Below are positions 1 to 25,564 of a DNA stretch of 64,000 nucleotides, in pieces. The translations under genes and the position numbers were made by a program. The stretch lies in the NCBI RefSeq assembly GCF_009914755.1, contig NC_060943.1; one strand, written 5' to 3'. Origin of the DNA: the human T2T-CHM13v2.0 reference genome, Homo sapiens. Each line of letters starts with the position of its first letter. Position 1 is the stretch's first letter. The notes under the pieces were generated by a model. That model did not search any database, was not told where the DNA came from, and saw only the letters and a list, made by a program, of their open reading frames with translations.

Positions 1-33
1 TTTCCTGCCAAATAAACAGGATCAGCGCTTTAC
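1..33 (+). other. RPS9: 3' UTR end of RPS9 with AATAAA polyadenylation signal (11-16)
   Basis: TTTCCTGCCAAATAAACAGGATCAGCGCTTTACA matches the recalled RPS9 mRNA 3' end, and RPS9 is the known neighbour of LILRB3. AATAAA is followed by a GT-rich downstream element. Confidence 0.8.
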
Positions 34-2846
34 AATTGGTGTGTGGGGGTCTCTCATCCTTGACTCTTTCCCCTGCTCTAAACATGCAGCCTTCCCTGGG
101 AGGCTCACTCACTTGGGAGTGCCTACCAGCTAGTGGTCCCTGGCCTCTCAGTACTATTCTACAGTAGTGAACACACATCTTTACCAGAAACTTCTGTCAT
201 CAGGGGAGAGACGAGTGGTATTTTTGGAAAAACTGTGTCAAAACCAGAAGGAAATTCCAAGTAAGCCGGTGTTTGCATATAGGGGTGGGAGGGAGCCGGT
301 CATTGCTAGGCAGGGCAGGCGCCGAGTGGAGGTGGGGGCCTTCCCTGCCTGCTGGCCCTGGGACCCTGACCCCGCCAGGCAAGAGACAGGTGGGACGGGA
401 GCTGACCAGAGGCTGACGGGTTGCTGGGGAAGGTGAACTGTTGGTGATTGTTGGGGAACACTTCACAGAATTTGCTTGCTAGTTTCAAAGCTTGTGATGC
501 AGTTGATGTTGGGCAAGTTCCCAGTTTTGTCTTCACATGTAGGGGAAGTGGGTTAGCGTAGGAGAAGGGGCGTTGAGGGAAGTCTGTTCCTCCTCTCCGC
601 GTTCAGTGCTTCTGTGGACTCACGGTCAAGAGGTTGGCAGGCTTCCCTTTTCTCAGCCTTGTTGATCATCTGTGTTGGGAAGGGGTTTGGTTTCTGAGGA
701 AGTGAGAAACCTGAAATTGTGCAACCCCCTCAGGCTGCAGGCTGTAGTTGATTGGGTCCTTATCTGGAGGCCTTCAGGGTTTGAGGTCAGGGCAGGGACA
801 GTTCTGGAACACAGCTAAGTTACTGTAAACCACGTGGAGAAGTCCATTGCGGCTTACTCAAGCTAGGTGGTTGGCCCTTCCTTCCCTCAGCGTTGCTACT
901 TGGGAAATGACGGTGGTCTTGTGTCCATGGGGCCAGCTGCTGCACCATCTGGGCTCACTGTGGTCTCCTTCCTTGGAGCGTGGGGTCTGGGCTAGTGGAT
1001 GGCCGGGGCAGCGTACTCACTGGGCTCCTGGGAGCTCCCCTGGGAGGAAGAGACTGCAGTTGTCTCTGGTCTGAGAGGTGGTGGCTCACCTGGGTGTAGC
1101 TCACAATTGCGGAGCTCCACGGCAGCCTGGAGGGAGGGGAGAGTGGGAGTTGAGGTATGCGGTTCTGGGGAGAAGCCTACGGGCTTGGAAAGGAAAAGGG
1201 TCTTCAGGGCTCTGTCTACAGAGGCAGCGAGCGGGGCAACAGAGGGAGACTCCATCTCAAGAATTTGTAGAGATGGAGTCTCAATGTGTTGCCCCGGCTG
1301 ATCTAAAACCCTTGGCCTCAAGCAATCCACTCGCCTCCCAAAGCGCTAGGATGACAGGTGTGAGCCACAGTGCCTGGCCTGCGTGGGTCTGTTTAATCTC
1401 CGGGCCTCTTGCTCTCCCTTTCTTGGTGATCTCCTTGGACCACATCCCTGTATCATTCTCTCTCTCGACCCTGAGCCCAGGGTCCAGAGCAGAGAACGGG
1501 ATGGGGTCTGGGTAGGGGCCCCTCACTTGCAACCAGGATGTTGGGTGGGGGCGACGGGGGACCGACCTTGGGCAGGAGGCATTGTGTCCACCGCAGCATC
1601 TGTGCTGGCCCCCAGGGGGGTGGCTCGCATGGCCCAGGGGGACGTCCAGGAGGTGCTGCCCATCTAGGCGCTGGCGGGCTGGGAGCCCCTTGTCCTGGTC
1701 AATGCAGAGCTGTCAAAACCGGCCTCTGAGTGATGCTGAGGGGTCAGGCTGTCTCCAGAGAGCACCGGCGATCCCGGCTGTGCTGAGAGGGAGGGCTGAG
1801 GGCTGCCTGGACGCCCCTGAGATGAGGCGACTGGTATTTAGGGGATGCGTACTCTCTGGGGCCCGCTGGGGCCTGCAGGGAGAGCTCTCACCGGTCTCAA
1901 CTCCATGCCTTCTGCCTTGTGCTTCTGGCCCAAGAGGTCGGGGTCACTGACCACCCCGTGTCCACCTAAGGCTTCCCTGGACACACAGCAGGGAGATGGG
2001 CAATGAGGGTGGGGGTTGTGGCCCTGCCTGTCACGGTCCCCAGCAGTGCAGATGAATTAGACCATTGAGCCACAGAGCCTGGAGGGCAGATGGGTGTGCT
2101 GGTATAAGGAGCCCCGGGCTCTGTGTTACAGGTCATGTGTTCTCACCAGTGGCCTTGCAGGAGGGGAACAGCCCCTTCCCCAGGGCCTCGCTCTGCTCCC
2201 CCTGAAGGATGGGGCTGAGGGGACAGCAGGCTCTGGGGGCCTTTCAGACCACATTTGAGTCAAAATTTGACTTCCCCATACTCTGCCTGCTTCCACCTCA
2301 CCCAACTCTCATCCAGGGGTGACCCTTGTTCTAGCACATGAGGCTGAGGCCAGAGAGGGCAGGGCCTTAGGACACAGCCCAGTCACTGTTCTAATTCTAG
2401 AGGCAAGCCCCTTCCATGTCCTGAGCTCTGTAATGCATCTTTTCTTTCATGAGCCTTGCGATCAGGCGATGTTTATTCAGTGGTTACCACATCCAGGCAT
2501 GCTGCCAGGAGGAGGGGAGTCGTGGGTGAAGCTGATAGGATTCCTGCTGGACTCACAGAGCCTGGGTTAATGACACATTACCCATGTTTAGATAGGAGGT
2601 AATTCTGCTCCGGTTTCGACAAGTTGTAGGAAAGGAGGAAAACATGCTCATAGCAGGTGAGCAGCGTACACCTGTCATGGGAGTGAGGGGTCCTTCTGGG
2701 GGATGGAGAGACCAAGACGTGAACAGTGAGTGTGGCACGCAGAGTGTCCTCCACCAGAAACAGTGTGGGCTGTTCTCAGACCTGAGAGTGAGCCAAAGGA
2801 AGCTGGGACCTTGTCATTCAGGGGACTTGTGCACCGTGAAGATTTA

Positions 2847-3188
<342 letters not shown>

Positions 3189-4040
3189 TTAGAAAGCACA
3201 GTGGAAACAGATGTCTGTTTTTACAAGCCCATCACTGCACAGAATGCAATATGGGAGGGTTTCACTAATGGTTAACCATAACCACACTCCAGCGTGAGCC
3301 CAGCCACTAGGCAATGTGCTGATAAGGATTCTAAGTGGTTTATGTGGACTCCTCATGACCTATGACACACATACGTTTACAGTGGAGTGGAACGAGGCAG
3401 GAGGGCTTCTCTTTGTCATAGTCTACCAGCTCTGCAGAGGTGTCAGCTACATCCGGATTGGCTCAGGGAGCGGCCGTCAGAAGACTTACACGTGTTTAAT
3501 AACTGAGGTTGTGTGTGTGTGGCAGGGGGTGGGTAACTGTGATGAGTTTGGTGTGGCAGAGGGGGAGCCATAGCCTGTGAAGCTGGAAAGTGTATCAGGT
3601 TTGGTCATCAACAGGCTTGAACATGAAGTACAGGAACGTGCATCTTATTTTTGGAAGATGGAGCCCCGTTGGGGGAATTTGAGCAGTGGAGGGTCACAGC
3701 CAGGTAAGATGGTCAGAAGAGGCCTCGGAAGTGATGAGAGGGATGGACTGGAGTAGGGATGGGAGCCAGTAGGGGGCCAGGAGGGAGGTTGGTGCAGTGC
3801 ACAGACAGGGCGTCCTCGGTCCCCAGCTGAGCTTAGACTGTGGGGATGGACCAGCGGACACGGGTGGAGCCGGGTGAGGAGGGATGTGGGCAGAGAGGTT
3901 TGGATTTGTTCACTGTGTGTGAAGCAGAAGAGTGTGAGGAGCTTTTCCACTCTCTGCCTTGGTTGATGGGAGGAACCAGTGGGGCTGCCGCAGGACAGAC
4001 GACCCGCGTGGGAGAAGGAGGCTCGGGGAGATGTTTCTAA

Positions 4041-5245
<1,205 letters not shown>

Positions 5246-5249
5246 AGCG

Positions 5250-6535
<1,286 letters not shown>

Positions 6536-6565
6536 TTTAAAATATATTTTTAAAAAACTCTAATA

Positions 6566-6670
6566 CAGTAGTCCCCCTTTATCTGTAATTTTCTTTCTGT
6601 GTTTTCAGTTACCTGGTGGTCAACCATGGTCCAAAAATATTAAATAGAAAAGTTAAGGAATCATAAGTTT
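6566..6670 (+). mobile_element. MER44/Tigger-type DNA transposon fragment, target of the SVA insertion
   Basis: 'cagtagtccccctttatc...cagttacc...gtcaaccatggtccaaaaatattaaat' resembles the recalled MER44 terminus. Confidence 0.6.
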
Positions 6671-7344
6671 TTTTTTTTTTTTTTTATTGATCATTCTTGG
6701 GTGTTTCTCGCAGAGGGGGATTTGGCAGGGTCATAGGACAACGGTGGAGGGAAGGTCAGCAGATAAACAAGTGAACAAAGGTCTCTGGTTTTCCTAGGCA
6801 GAGGACCCTGCAGCCTTCCGCAGTGTTTGTGTCACTGGGTACTTGAGATTAGGGAGTGGTGATGACTCTTAACGAGCATGCTGCCTTCAAGCATCTGTTC
6901 AACAAAGCACATCTTGCACCGCCCTTAATCCATTTAACCCTGAGTGGACACAGCACATGTTTCAGAGAGCACAGGGTTGGGGGTAAGGTCACAGATCAAC
7001 AGGATCCCAAGGCAGAAGAATTTTTCTTAGTACAGAACAAAATGAAAAGTCTCCCATGTCTACCTCTTTCTACACAGACACCGCAACCATCCGATTTCTC
7101 AATCTTTTCCCCACCTTTCCCCCCTTTCTATTCCACAAAACCGCCATTGTCATCATGGCCCGTTCTCAATGAGCTGTTGGGTACACCTCCCAGACGGGGT
7201 GGCGGCCGGGCAGAGGGGCTCCTCACTTCCCAGTAGGGGCGGCCGGGCAGAGGCGCCCCTCACCTCCCGGATGGGGCGGCTGGCCTGGCGGGGGGCTGAC
7301 CCCCCCACCTCCCTCCCGGACGGGGCGGCTGGCCGGGCGAGGGG
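6668..7344 (-). mobile_element. 5'-truncated SVA (SINE-R plus part of the VNTR)
   Basis: Poly-T, then SINE-R 'attgatcattcttgggtgtttctcgcagagggggatttgg', then GC-rich VNTR units. TSD ggaatcataagttttt at 6657-6672 and 7345-7360. Confidence 0.93.
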
Positions 7345-7452
7345 GGAATCATAAGTTTTTAACAAATCAAAATATTTCTAAAAACCTAGAGTAGGCAGGA
7401 AAGGGGAAACAACACACAGCAGAGGAGACAAACAAAAAGGCACACCTGAACA

Positions 7453-7946
<494 letters not shown>

Positions 7947-8003
7947 AATGTCATCAGTGATTACATTAAATATAAGTGATCAAAAAGAGATTACAAGATT
8001 GGA

Positions 8004-9222
<1,219 letters not shown>

Positions 9223-9287
9223 TTTACGTCTGTTTTTGTTTTTTGTTTTTTTGTTATTAACTCATTGATTGTTGAGAAGTCTGTTGC

Positions 9288-9293
9288 TTTATT
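9288..9293 (-). terminator. LILRB3: LILRB3 polyadenylation signal AATAAA
   Basis: tttatt on the + strand, ~190 nt past the stop codon. Confidence 0.7.
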
Positions 9294-9480
9294 TCCAAAA
9301 TGGGACGATATTAGTCATCTTTGAGTCAGGTGAGTCCCACAAGTTCCCAGCGTCTCCTCATGGTCTGTGTTAGGGGTCCAGGCTGACTGGGGTTCACTGG
9401 TGTCCACTGGGGGCAGCTCCCGTGCCTTCAGCAGTCCTGAGTCTCCTTCTGCTGAGTGTGGGGTCTGCGTACCCCCCGGG

Positions 9481-15364
<5,884 letters not shown>

Positions 15365-15500
15365 GGCGTCTCCTCCCGGTGACCCCGCGCTCTGCAGAGG
15401 GATGAGCCCTCAGTGCTGGCAGGACAGAGAGACACACAGGGTGTGGCCGCTCGGAGGCTGGGTCCTTCTTGTCATGGGGTTGTCTCATCCTCAGCCCACA

Positions 15501-15513
15501 GGAAGAGGAACTG
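15501..15513 (+). promoter_or_regulatory. PU.1/ETS-type site (GGAAGAGGAACTG) in the LILRB3 proximal promoter
   Basis: Purine box ~140 bp upstream of the ATG. Conserved at 35256-35268 (LILRA6) and 51725-51737 (LILRB5). Confidence 0.5.
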
Positions 15514-15808
15514 CCACCCCAAGAACCTGGCTCTGATTTCCCCAGGGCTGAAGTGGGGGCAGGCACCAGGCTCTCTGCAGGCATTTCAGAGAGAAATGGG
15601 GTCTCCCTGCCCCCGGGCCACTGTCTGCCTGATTTATCTTTATCTCACTGAGGACGGGGACACAGCCGCAAATAGACCTGGTGCCTTCCTGAGTCAGCCC
15701 CTTTCAGGCGAGGGTGACCGTGGGCTCCTCCTCCCTCTCAGAGCCTCCCCATGGGGTCTCCCTCCCTCCTTCAGCTCGTCCATCAGTTCAGCGTTACGGG
15801 GTCCTTAC

Positions 15809-15945
15809 CATGGCAGTCGTCTCTCCAGCCCTGGAGATGCTTCAGGGAAGACCCAGGTCCATGCTGCAGGCAGACTCAGATCAGCAGAGACGCACCTGAC
15901 ACCTGGCTGTGTAGTCCAGGCTGAGCTGCGTGTGGCAGTGAGCAC
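15809..15945 (-). other. LILRB3: Upstream 5' UTR exon of LILRB3 ending GCCATG|gtaag (copy for LILRA6 ends at 35564)
   Basis: Strong donor gtaagg at 15808 and acceptor ctgccag before 15415. Resembles the recalled LILRB1/B2 5' UTR exon. The upstream boundary is approximate. Confidence 0.55.
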
Positions 15946-17276
15946 AGAGAAATGCAGGGTCTACCGTGGTGGCTCATGCCTGGAATCCCAGTACTTCAGG
16001 AGGCTGTGGCGGGTGATGGCTTGAGGCCAGGAGCTTCAGACAGTCCTGGGAAACAGACTGTGACCCTGTTTCTACAGAAAAGAAAAAAGTGAGCTGGGCA
16101 TGGAGGCTCATGCCTGTGGTCCCAGCTACTCAGGAGGCTGAGGTGGGAGGATCACTTGGGCCCGGGAGGCGGAGGCTTCAGGGAGCTATGATCACCCCTT
16201 GGCCTTCCAGCCTGGGCGACAGAGCAAGATCCTGTCTAAAAAGGAGAAATAGAGGGGATAAAGAGAAATATATATATATATGTTTCATTGTAATCTATAA
16301 TCTGATTCTGGGGAAGGTGAGCTGATTTGTATTTAATTCCTGATTATCATCTAGGGTTTATGTGACTTTGGACATGAATGTCACCTCTGAGCCTGCTGTC
16401 ATGAACCCCACTCATCACAGTGGCTGTGGGGGTCAGTGGTGCCCAGGACATGGGAGGCTCAGCCATGGTGAATTTCCAGACCAGTTCAGACAGGAGGGTG
16501 GGGACGGGAGAGGATCCTGGTGCTGGGCTCCACAGTCGAGGAGGATGATTGACGCCCCCACTCAAGAGCCCACATCGGCTCCAAATACCATGAAATTCTC
16601 CTTGTGATACGTCTGAAATATGCAGATCATCACAGCCACAGGCAGAGAAAGAGGAAAAACAGTTCCTCACATTGAGACGCATCCCCTTCCATGAGCAGAG
16701 TTCAATGCTGAGTGGCCACAGGTGTCTGGGACCACCGAGCGTCATTAGGGAGGAGGAGGCTCCCACCTCCATGTGGGACAGAAGAGGAACCCCACGTCCT
16801 CCCAGGCAGGGAGGGGTCAGGGCTCTGGGTGAGGCTGGAAGCGGTGGCTCCCCCTCCCCTGTGTGTGTGGACAGGCGCTGGGGGGTCTCTGCTCACTCAC
16901 TGGAGGCCACGGTCAGCGCTCAGCCCCTCCCCTGTGTGTGAGAAACAGATTCGATCCACGGTGGTCAGACATGGGCGTCTGCCCCACAGGTGAGTGTGAG
17001 GCTGGCGTTGGTCCCATCGCTGCTGGGCACAATCTTGAGCTGACACTGAGTTTGGGGGAGTGGGGCAGGAGCAGCGGCAACAATCCCCTTCATCAGGCTG
17101 ATGCCTGGACAGCCGTGGGAGAAACCCTTTATGAAAGGCCAGGTGCGTGGGAGGAGCCGCCCCACAGGAATGACAACCGTATGAGGACAAAATAGACAGT
17201 TGTTGAAATGCATTAGACAGACATCGTGAAGGTGAAAAACTATATTAAATTAACGCCATTAAAAAGGAATTTATGT

Positions 17277-17568
<292 letters not shown>

Positions 17569-18374
17569 GCAATTTACTAACCATATATACCTACTATGCA
17601 AACATAACAAAATCAAAGCATAATTTAATCCAGGGCAAGACAGCTGAAATAATAAATATATACATTGGGATAAAATATTCATGAAATTTTCCAGACTGTA
17701 TCATGGAAAGAACAGAAATTGAACAATAGAAAATATTGATATATACACGAAGTTGAATGAGAAGAAAGAACGTGTCTGTCACGGTTTCAGAATGAAAGAA
17801 GGAAGAAGGATGTTAGTTCATGATATGCATGAAGAGCTAATGGTTGAAATTTTTACAGAACTGAAGAGAAAACATCAGTTTATAACTAAATTGAATATCT
17901 CGATCATGGTAAAGTGAAAACCATGAGGCATTAATTTAAAATAATCATAAAACTACCAGAGAAAATGTAAATTACCCTTGAATGAATGACAAGTTCATCG
18001 GGACTGGAGTTCCAAAGAGCAAACAGCAGCCCCAGAAGATACAGGAGAAACAACCACAAGCGTTTAACTGTGAGGAGAGAGTTCCTGTGCTGGGCCTAAT
18101 TATTACTATTATAATTATTTATTATTATTATTATTATTATCTTTTGAGATGCAATTTCGCTCTTGTTGCCCAGGCTGGAGTGCAATGGCGCGATCTCGGC
18201 TCACCGCAACCTGGCCTAGTTATTATTAAAGGACCGAGTTGCAGTGTCAGCTGTGGATAAATCCTAGAACATAAGGAGACTCGGGGCACTCGTGACCCGT
18301 CAGGTCAGGCGGTGGCCTTATGAGGAATAAGGAGGGCGTTTTCAGTGTCCTTTTATCAGGTACTATGATAACAA

Positions 18375-18500
18375 CAGAGAAAGAGAGAGATTGAGACAGA
18401 CAGAGAGAGACGGAGAGACAGAGAGAGATTGAGACAGAGAGAGAGAGGGAGAGGGAGACACACACACACACACACGGAGAGAGACAGAGACAGAGAAGCA
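18375..18500. repeat. (GA)n/(CA)n compound microsatellite
   Basis: Seen directly. Confidence 0.85.
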
Positions 18501-18739
18501 GGCATCGCTTGAGCTGCAAGGCTGCAGACATGTTTGCATCTGGGCTCTTTCTGAAAGCAATACTAAACAATGTAAATCAGGGAGTGGAATAATGAACCCC
18601 AAATGGAGAAGATGAGATGCTACTGTGAATAAGTCAACAGTACATACAAAAAACGAATAAGCATAGATCTATCTGTAATCTGTGTATATACAAGTATATG
18701 CATTTCTACTAAGAATCTGAAAGAGCAAGGAAATGGATT

Positions 18740-18880
18740 CGCGTCTCTGGAGCCTCCAGAAAGGAATGCAGCCACGTTATGGCCTTGATTTTGTCCTAAA
18801 AGACTGTGAGATAATGAGTTTGTGTTGCTGAAGCTGCTCAATACGTGTAATTTGTTATGGCAGCAATAGCAAACCAATAC
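18740..18880 (+). mobile_element. MLT1-type (MaLR) LTR 3' fragment
   Basis: 'gagcctccagaaaggaatgcagcc...aatttgttatggcagcaatagcaaaccaatac' is a typical MLT1 end. Confidence 0.6.
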
Positions 18881-18883
18881 TAA

Positions 18884-19227
<344 letters not shown>

Positions 19228-19534
19228 GATATTTCATACTTTTAAATCAGCAATCTGTGAAGAAGAGAAAGTTATACACTTTCACTCAACCAACCACATG
19301 TCCTTAAAATTTACAAAGCATCAATTGAGACACAGTGGAGGATTTGAAGAAATATTGATCAGACTTTGATAGATTAAGTGAACAAAATATTCGTGAGGGT
19401 TGCATGGCACAAATGTTCAATCTCATGCGCAAATATGATGTTTCGATTGTTTATATATTATGTAAATTTGTATAGAAACGTTTCTGGAATATACATATAG
19501 CAACAAAGTGGGAATGCATATTTCTTTATATATA

Positions 19535-21270
<1,736 letters not shown>

Positions 21271-21781
21271 ATTCAACCTACACTCAGAAATCTTTCCATA
21301 GGGAAATCTGGCCTAAATGGGTACACTGTTGATTTCTACCAAATATTTGAGAAAGTAAGAATGACATGGAAACTCTAGCTATCATTCAGTTCTCACTAGG
21401 CTCATCGACTTCTTCATTCCAGTCCATGGGTTCTTATGGACACATCCAGCCAGTTCAGTCCAAGTTCCTTAGTGGGGCAGCAGTTTGGTGCTGTTGGTGT
21501 TGCTGGAAGCTCTTTGACCTCCTTTGGAACAGAAATATCAAACAGTGGTAGCTTGCCCCAAAGTAGAGTGGTTGATTCTGCCTTTACACAGGATACAAGA
21601 TCCCTAAAAACACAATTATCTCAAGGTCCTTCAAGCGCTCAGTTCGACCCTTTGAGAAGAAGCCCAACCATGGAACAAGGAGTGCAGACCGCCTGGGCCC
21701 ACGGACCTGCTCCAGCACCTGTTGGGAGAAGGAGTCCTGTATCAACCAGGCCTTTGCCATCTACCAGCCAAAAAGCAATAG

Positions 21782-22240
<459 letters not shown>

Positions 22241-23217
22241 GAAAGAGTTTGACTTTGAAAGTGCAAATGCCCAATTCAACAAGGAAGAGATGGGCAGAGA
22301 GTTTCATAATAAACTTAAATTAAAAGAAGATAAACTTGAGAAAGAGGAGAAGCCTGTAAATGGTGAAGATAAAGGAGACTCAGGAGTTGATACCCAAAAC
22401 AGTGAAGGACATGCTGATGAAGAAGATGCACTTGGACCTAATTGCTTTTATGACCAAACTAAATCCTCCTTTGATAATATTTCTGGTGATGACAATAGAG
22501 AACGGAGGCCAACCTGGGCTGAAGGAAGAAGATTAAATGCTGAAACATTTGGAATCCCACTTTGTCCAAACCGTGGCCATGGGGGATACAGAGGCAGAGG
22601 GAGGTCTTGGTTTCCATGGTGGCAGAGGGCGTGGTGGCAGAAGTGGTACCTTGACCACCCCTTGAGGATTTCGCGGCGGATTCAGAGGAGGTTCCAGGGG
22701 TCGGGAGTTTGCAGATTTTGAATATAGGAAAAGCACAGCCTTTGGCCCCTAAATAGTCTGAATTGATAGTACTGCTCTCTGAAAGAAAGACAACAAAGCT
22801 GCTGCATAGTCTACAAACAAGTCTTTGAAAACAGGTGAATTTCTAGCTCTTCATGGTACTGGAAACTGATTTCAGTCTTTGCGAAGAACGAAGAAGTGAA
22901 TTGGCTGTATGTTTGCCATCAGCACTGGGTTTTTGTTTTTTGTTTGTTTTTCTGTTTAATTTCAGAGATAAAATGCAGTTAGTTTTCGGGGGAGGAAGCC
23001 TTATCTTAAGACATGAGGATTAAATATATTTGGAATAGCAGAAGGTTAAATAATTTCTTATGTATAGTTAAACTAAAGCAGTACTTCAGTGGGACTTATA
23101 AGTATTGTGTCATCACTGAAAGGTTTTTTTTTTTTTTTTTTAATCACTGAATTGTATTTGGTAATTCCAGGTTGCCTGCAGATAGGGCCGTGATACTGTG
23201 TTCTGAGCCAAGAAGGG

Positions 23218-23219
<2 letters not shown>

Positions 23220-23262
<43 letters not shown>
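23220..23262. repeat. (GT)n microsatellite
   Basis: Seen directly. Confidence 0.95.
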
Positions 23263-23264
<2 letters not shown>

Positions 23265-23544
23265 CTTTCTCCTCCTTTCTTTTGGGGAATCTTGTAATAT
23301 TAAATAGTCTATTTCATCAATTAATTAGGGTGCTGGATGGTAGAGAATTTTGTCAGTCAACTAGGTACACACGGTAAATACTGTTTCTTAGGCAAACGTA
23401 ACTTTTTTATACAGTTGTAAAATTCCATTATATTCCAATGCCAAAGAAACATTAAAAACTTTGTAAAGTTGTATAAAAAGCAACTAATTTTTTACAAAAT
23501 AGATATCCTAAAGTTAGCCAAAAAAAAGAGAAAAGGGCAAAGTG

Positions 23545-25440
23545 ATCATTTTTGGCGTAGGGTAACCCTTAGTTTCTTCCCTGGTAGTAATTTCCCACCA
23601 GGCAGATCGTCTAACCCCAAATCACCTAAAAGTGCAGGCCCAGGACGTGCTTATCTGCCCAGTGAGTCACCTGGAGGGGTGGTGATGGGGGCTGTTGATG
23701 ACACGCTCCTTTCCTTTCCCAGCCCGTGTGTTCTACCTCTGAAAAGACATAGCATTTTCATTTGCAGAGCCCATTATAGAAAAATAAGAACAAAAATATT
23801 AGAAGGAAAAGACATAGCATCATTTAGTGTTCATTCATATGAATATGTATATTGTCTACAGCTATCTATATCTCTGTTTTATATCTATGTCTGTTACACC
23901 ATCAGAGAGCACCTAAAGTGCAGAGTCTCATCCACAAACTGTTTCTTGCATCTACTGTAAGAGGCCATTCCGATGCTCTGTCAGCCCCAGCAGCACCCAA
24001 CCACTACATGGCACGCATCCTATCTCAGATCATCCCCAGGATATCACGTGGCCCTGTTCTCATTGCCCCACTGATTTCATGGGCGTGCAGGTCCCTCGAT
24101 CTGAGATTAAGTCATGAGATGCTCCATTTAAACAGGCGGGAGCCTCTGATTCCTGGCGGAGAGCCACAGTGAGCCCAGCAGAACCCATCTGAGCGCCAGC
24201 ATCCAGCCCGGTCAGGAGGATTTGCTGCCCCCTCCTGGTGGAATGCGCGCCATGTCGTCAAGCGGCCACCAGATGACTCGCTCGCTGGTCCACTCAAAGG
24301 CATCACATCCAGAGCGCTCTGCTGGTCACAGGTGAGACTCTCAGCGACAGTGGTGGCTGCTTGGTCCTTGGTAAGAGGGAGTCGCTGGTGTTGGTTCCAT
24401 GCATGTCCTTTTTTCTTTGATTCTTTTATTTTATTTTATTTAGAGACGGAGTCTCACTCTGTCGCCCAGGCTGGAGTGCAGTGGCGCGATCTCGGCTCAC
24501 TGCAACCTCTGTCCCCTGATTCTCCTGCCTCAGCCTCCCGAGTAGCTGGGATTACAGGCACCTTCCACCACACCTGGCTAGTTTTTGTATTTGCAGTAGG
24601 GACGGGGTTTCGCCATATTGGCCAGGCTGGTCTTGAACTCCTGACGTCAGATAATCTGCCCAACTCGGCCTCCCAAAGTGCTGGGAATACAGGCGTGAGT
24701 CACTGCGCCTGGCAGCATGTCCTTTTTTTCTTGCTCCATGGCCACGACACTCACGGGCCCCTCCAGCACGCACTGGGGCTGCTGACACAGAGCTGGCTGA
24801 AGCTCACGGCATTAACCCAGTCATCAGCGGATCCTTAGATCTCCTAACCCCAGCTGTGGGCGCTCCTGCTAGCTTCTCAGGAGAAGCTCCTGGTCGAGAG
24901 CAGACGTTTCTCCTGTCCTCCTCCAGCCTCAGTCTCCGGCAGTTTCTGTGTGCCTGGGCCTTGAGGGTGGGTTTGTCTCCGTGTTTCTGTCCCCGCTCCT
25001 CATGGCAGCTGCATTGTATTGAGTAGGTTTGTTTGATGGGGACGGGTTTTCTGTCCCTATTCCAAATTTGCATATCTCTAATGGTATTTGTCTAGGATCA
25101 CAGTCCAGGATTGTTCTCTGCACTCCTCCTAGGGTAGAGGGATTTTATGATCCACCTTCTTCCGGCCACAATGAGTCATTACCTGGGATCTGAGGTGGGC
25201 AGAATTATCTGAGCCTCTTCCAATGGCTTATGTCTTTTCCTCCATGTGAGAGAAACACCTGGGTGGGAAATGAGATTTCAGGCCATGCACAGTGGAAGCT
25301 CTTTCTGTCTGATCACTAATGTGGGGTCTCCATCTTGCTCCAAATCAGTTTTGTGAATGCACGGTTGAGACCCAAGAAAAAGAGCCTTTGGGTGAGTGCA
25401 CAGCACCCCTCTGTCTTAGGTCCCCAGATATATCTCAATT
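23545..25440. repeat. Ancient diverged block paralogous to 59715-61480 (possibly ERVL/MaLR internal sequence)
   Basis: Colinear shared motifs, e.g. 'ggcatcacatccaga..ctctgctggtcacaggtgagact.tcagc.acagtggtggct' at 24300 and 60686. Family assignment is tentative. Confidence 0.6.
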
Positions 25441-25564
25441 TGGGCTTCTTCTGGAACATGAAACTATTTACTTTGAGTTTCCTACGAAAACATAGTGCTG
25501 GCCTTAGACTTCCTATCCTGAAACCCCACGTCTATTTCCCAACCTCATGCATGGAAAAGTGCTC

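Noticed and set aside
1390-2830. GC-rich unique-looking sequence downstream of RPS9 with possible splice signals
   Set aside because: No recognisable protein similarity or coherent exon chain. It may belong to read-through transcripts, but the sequence alone cannot support that.
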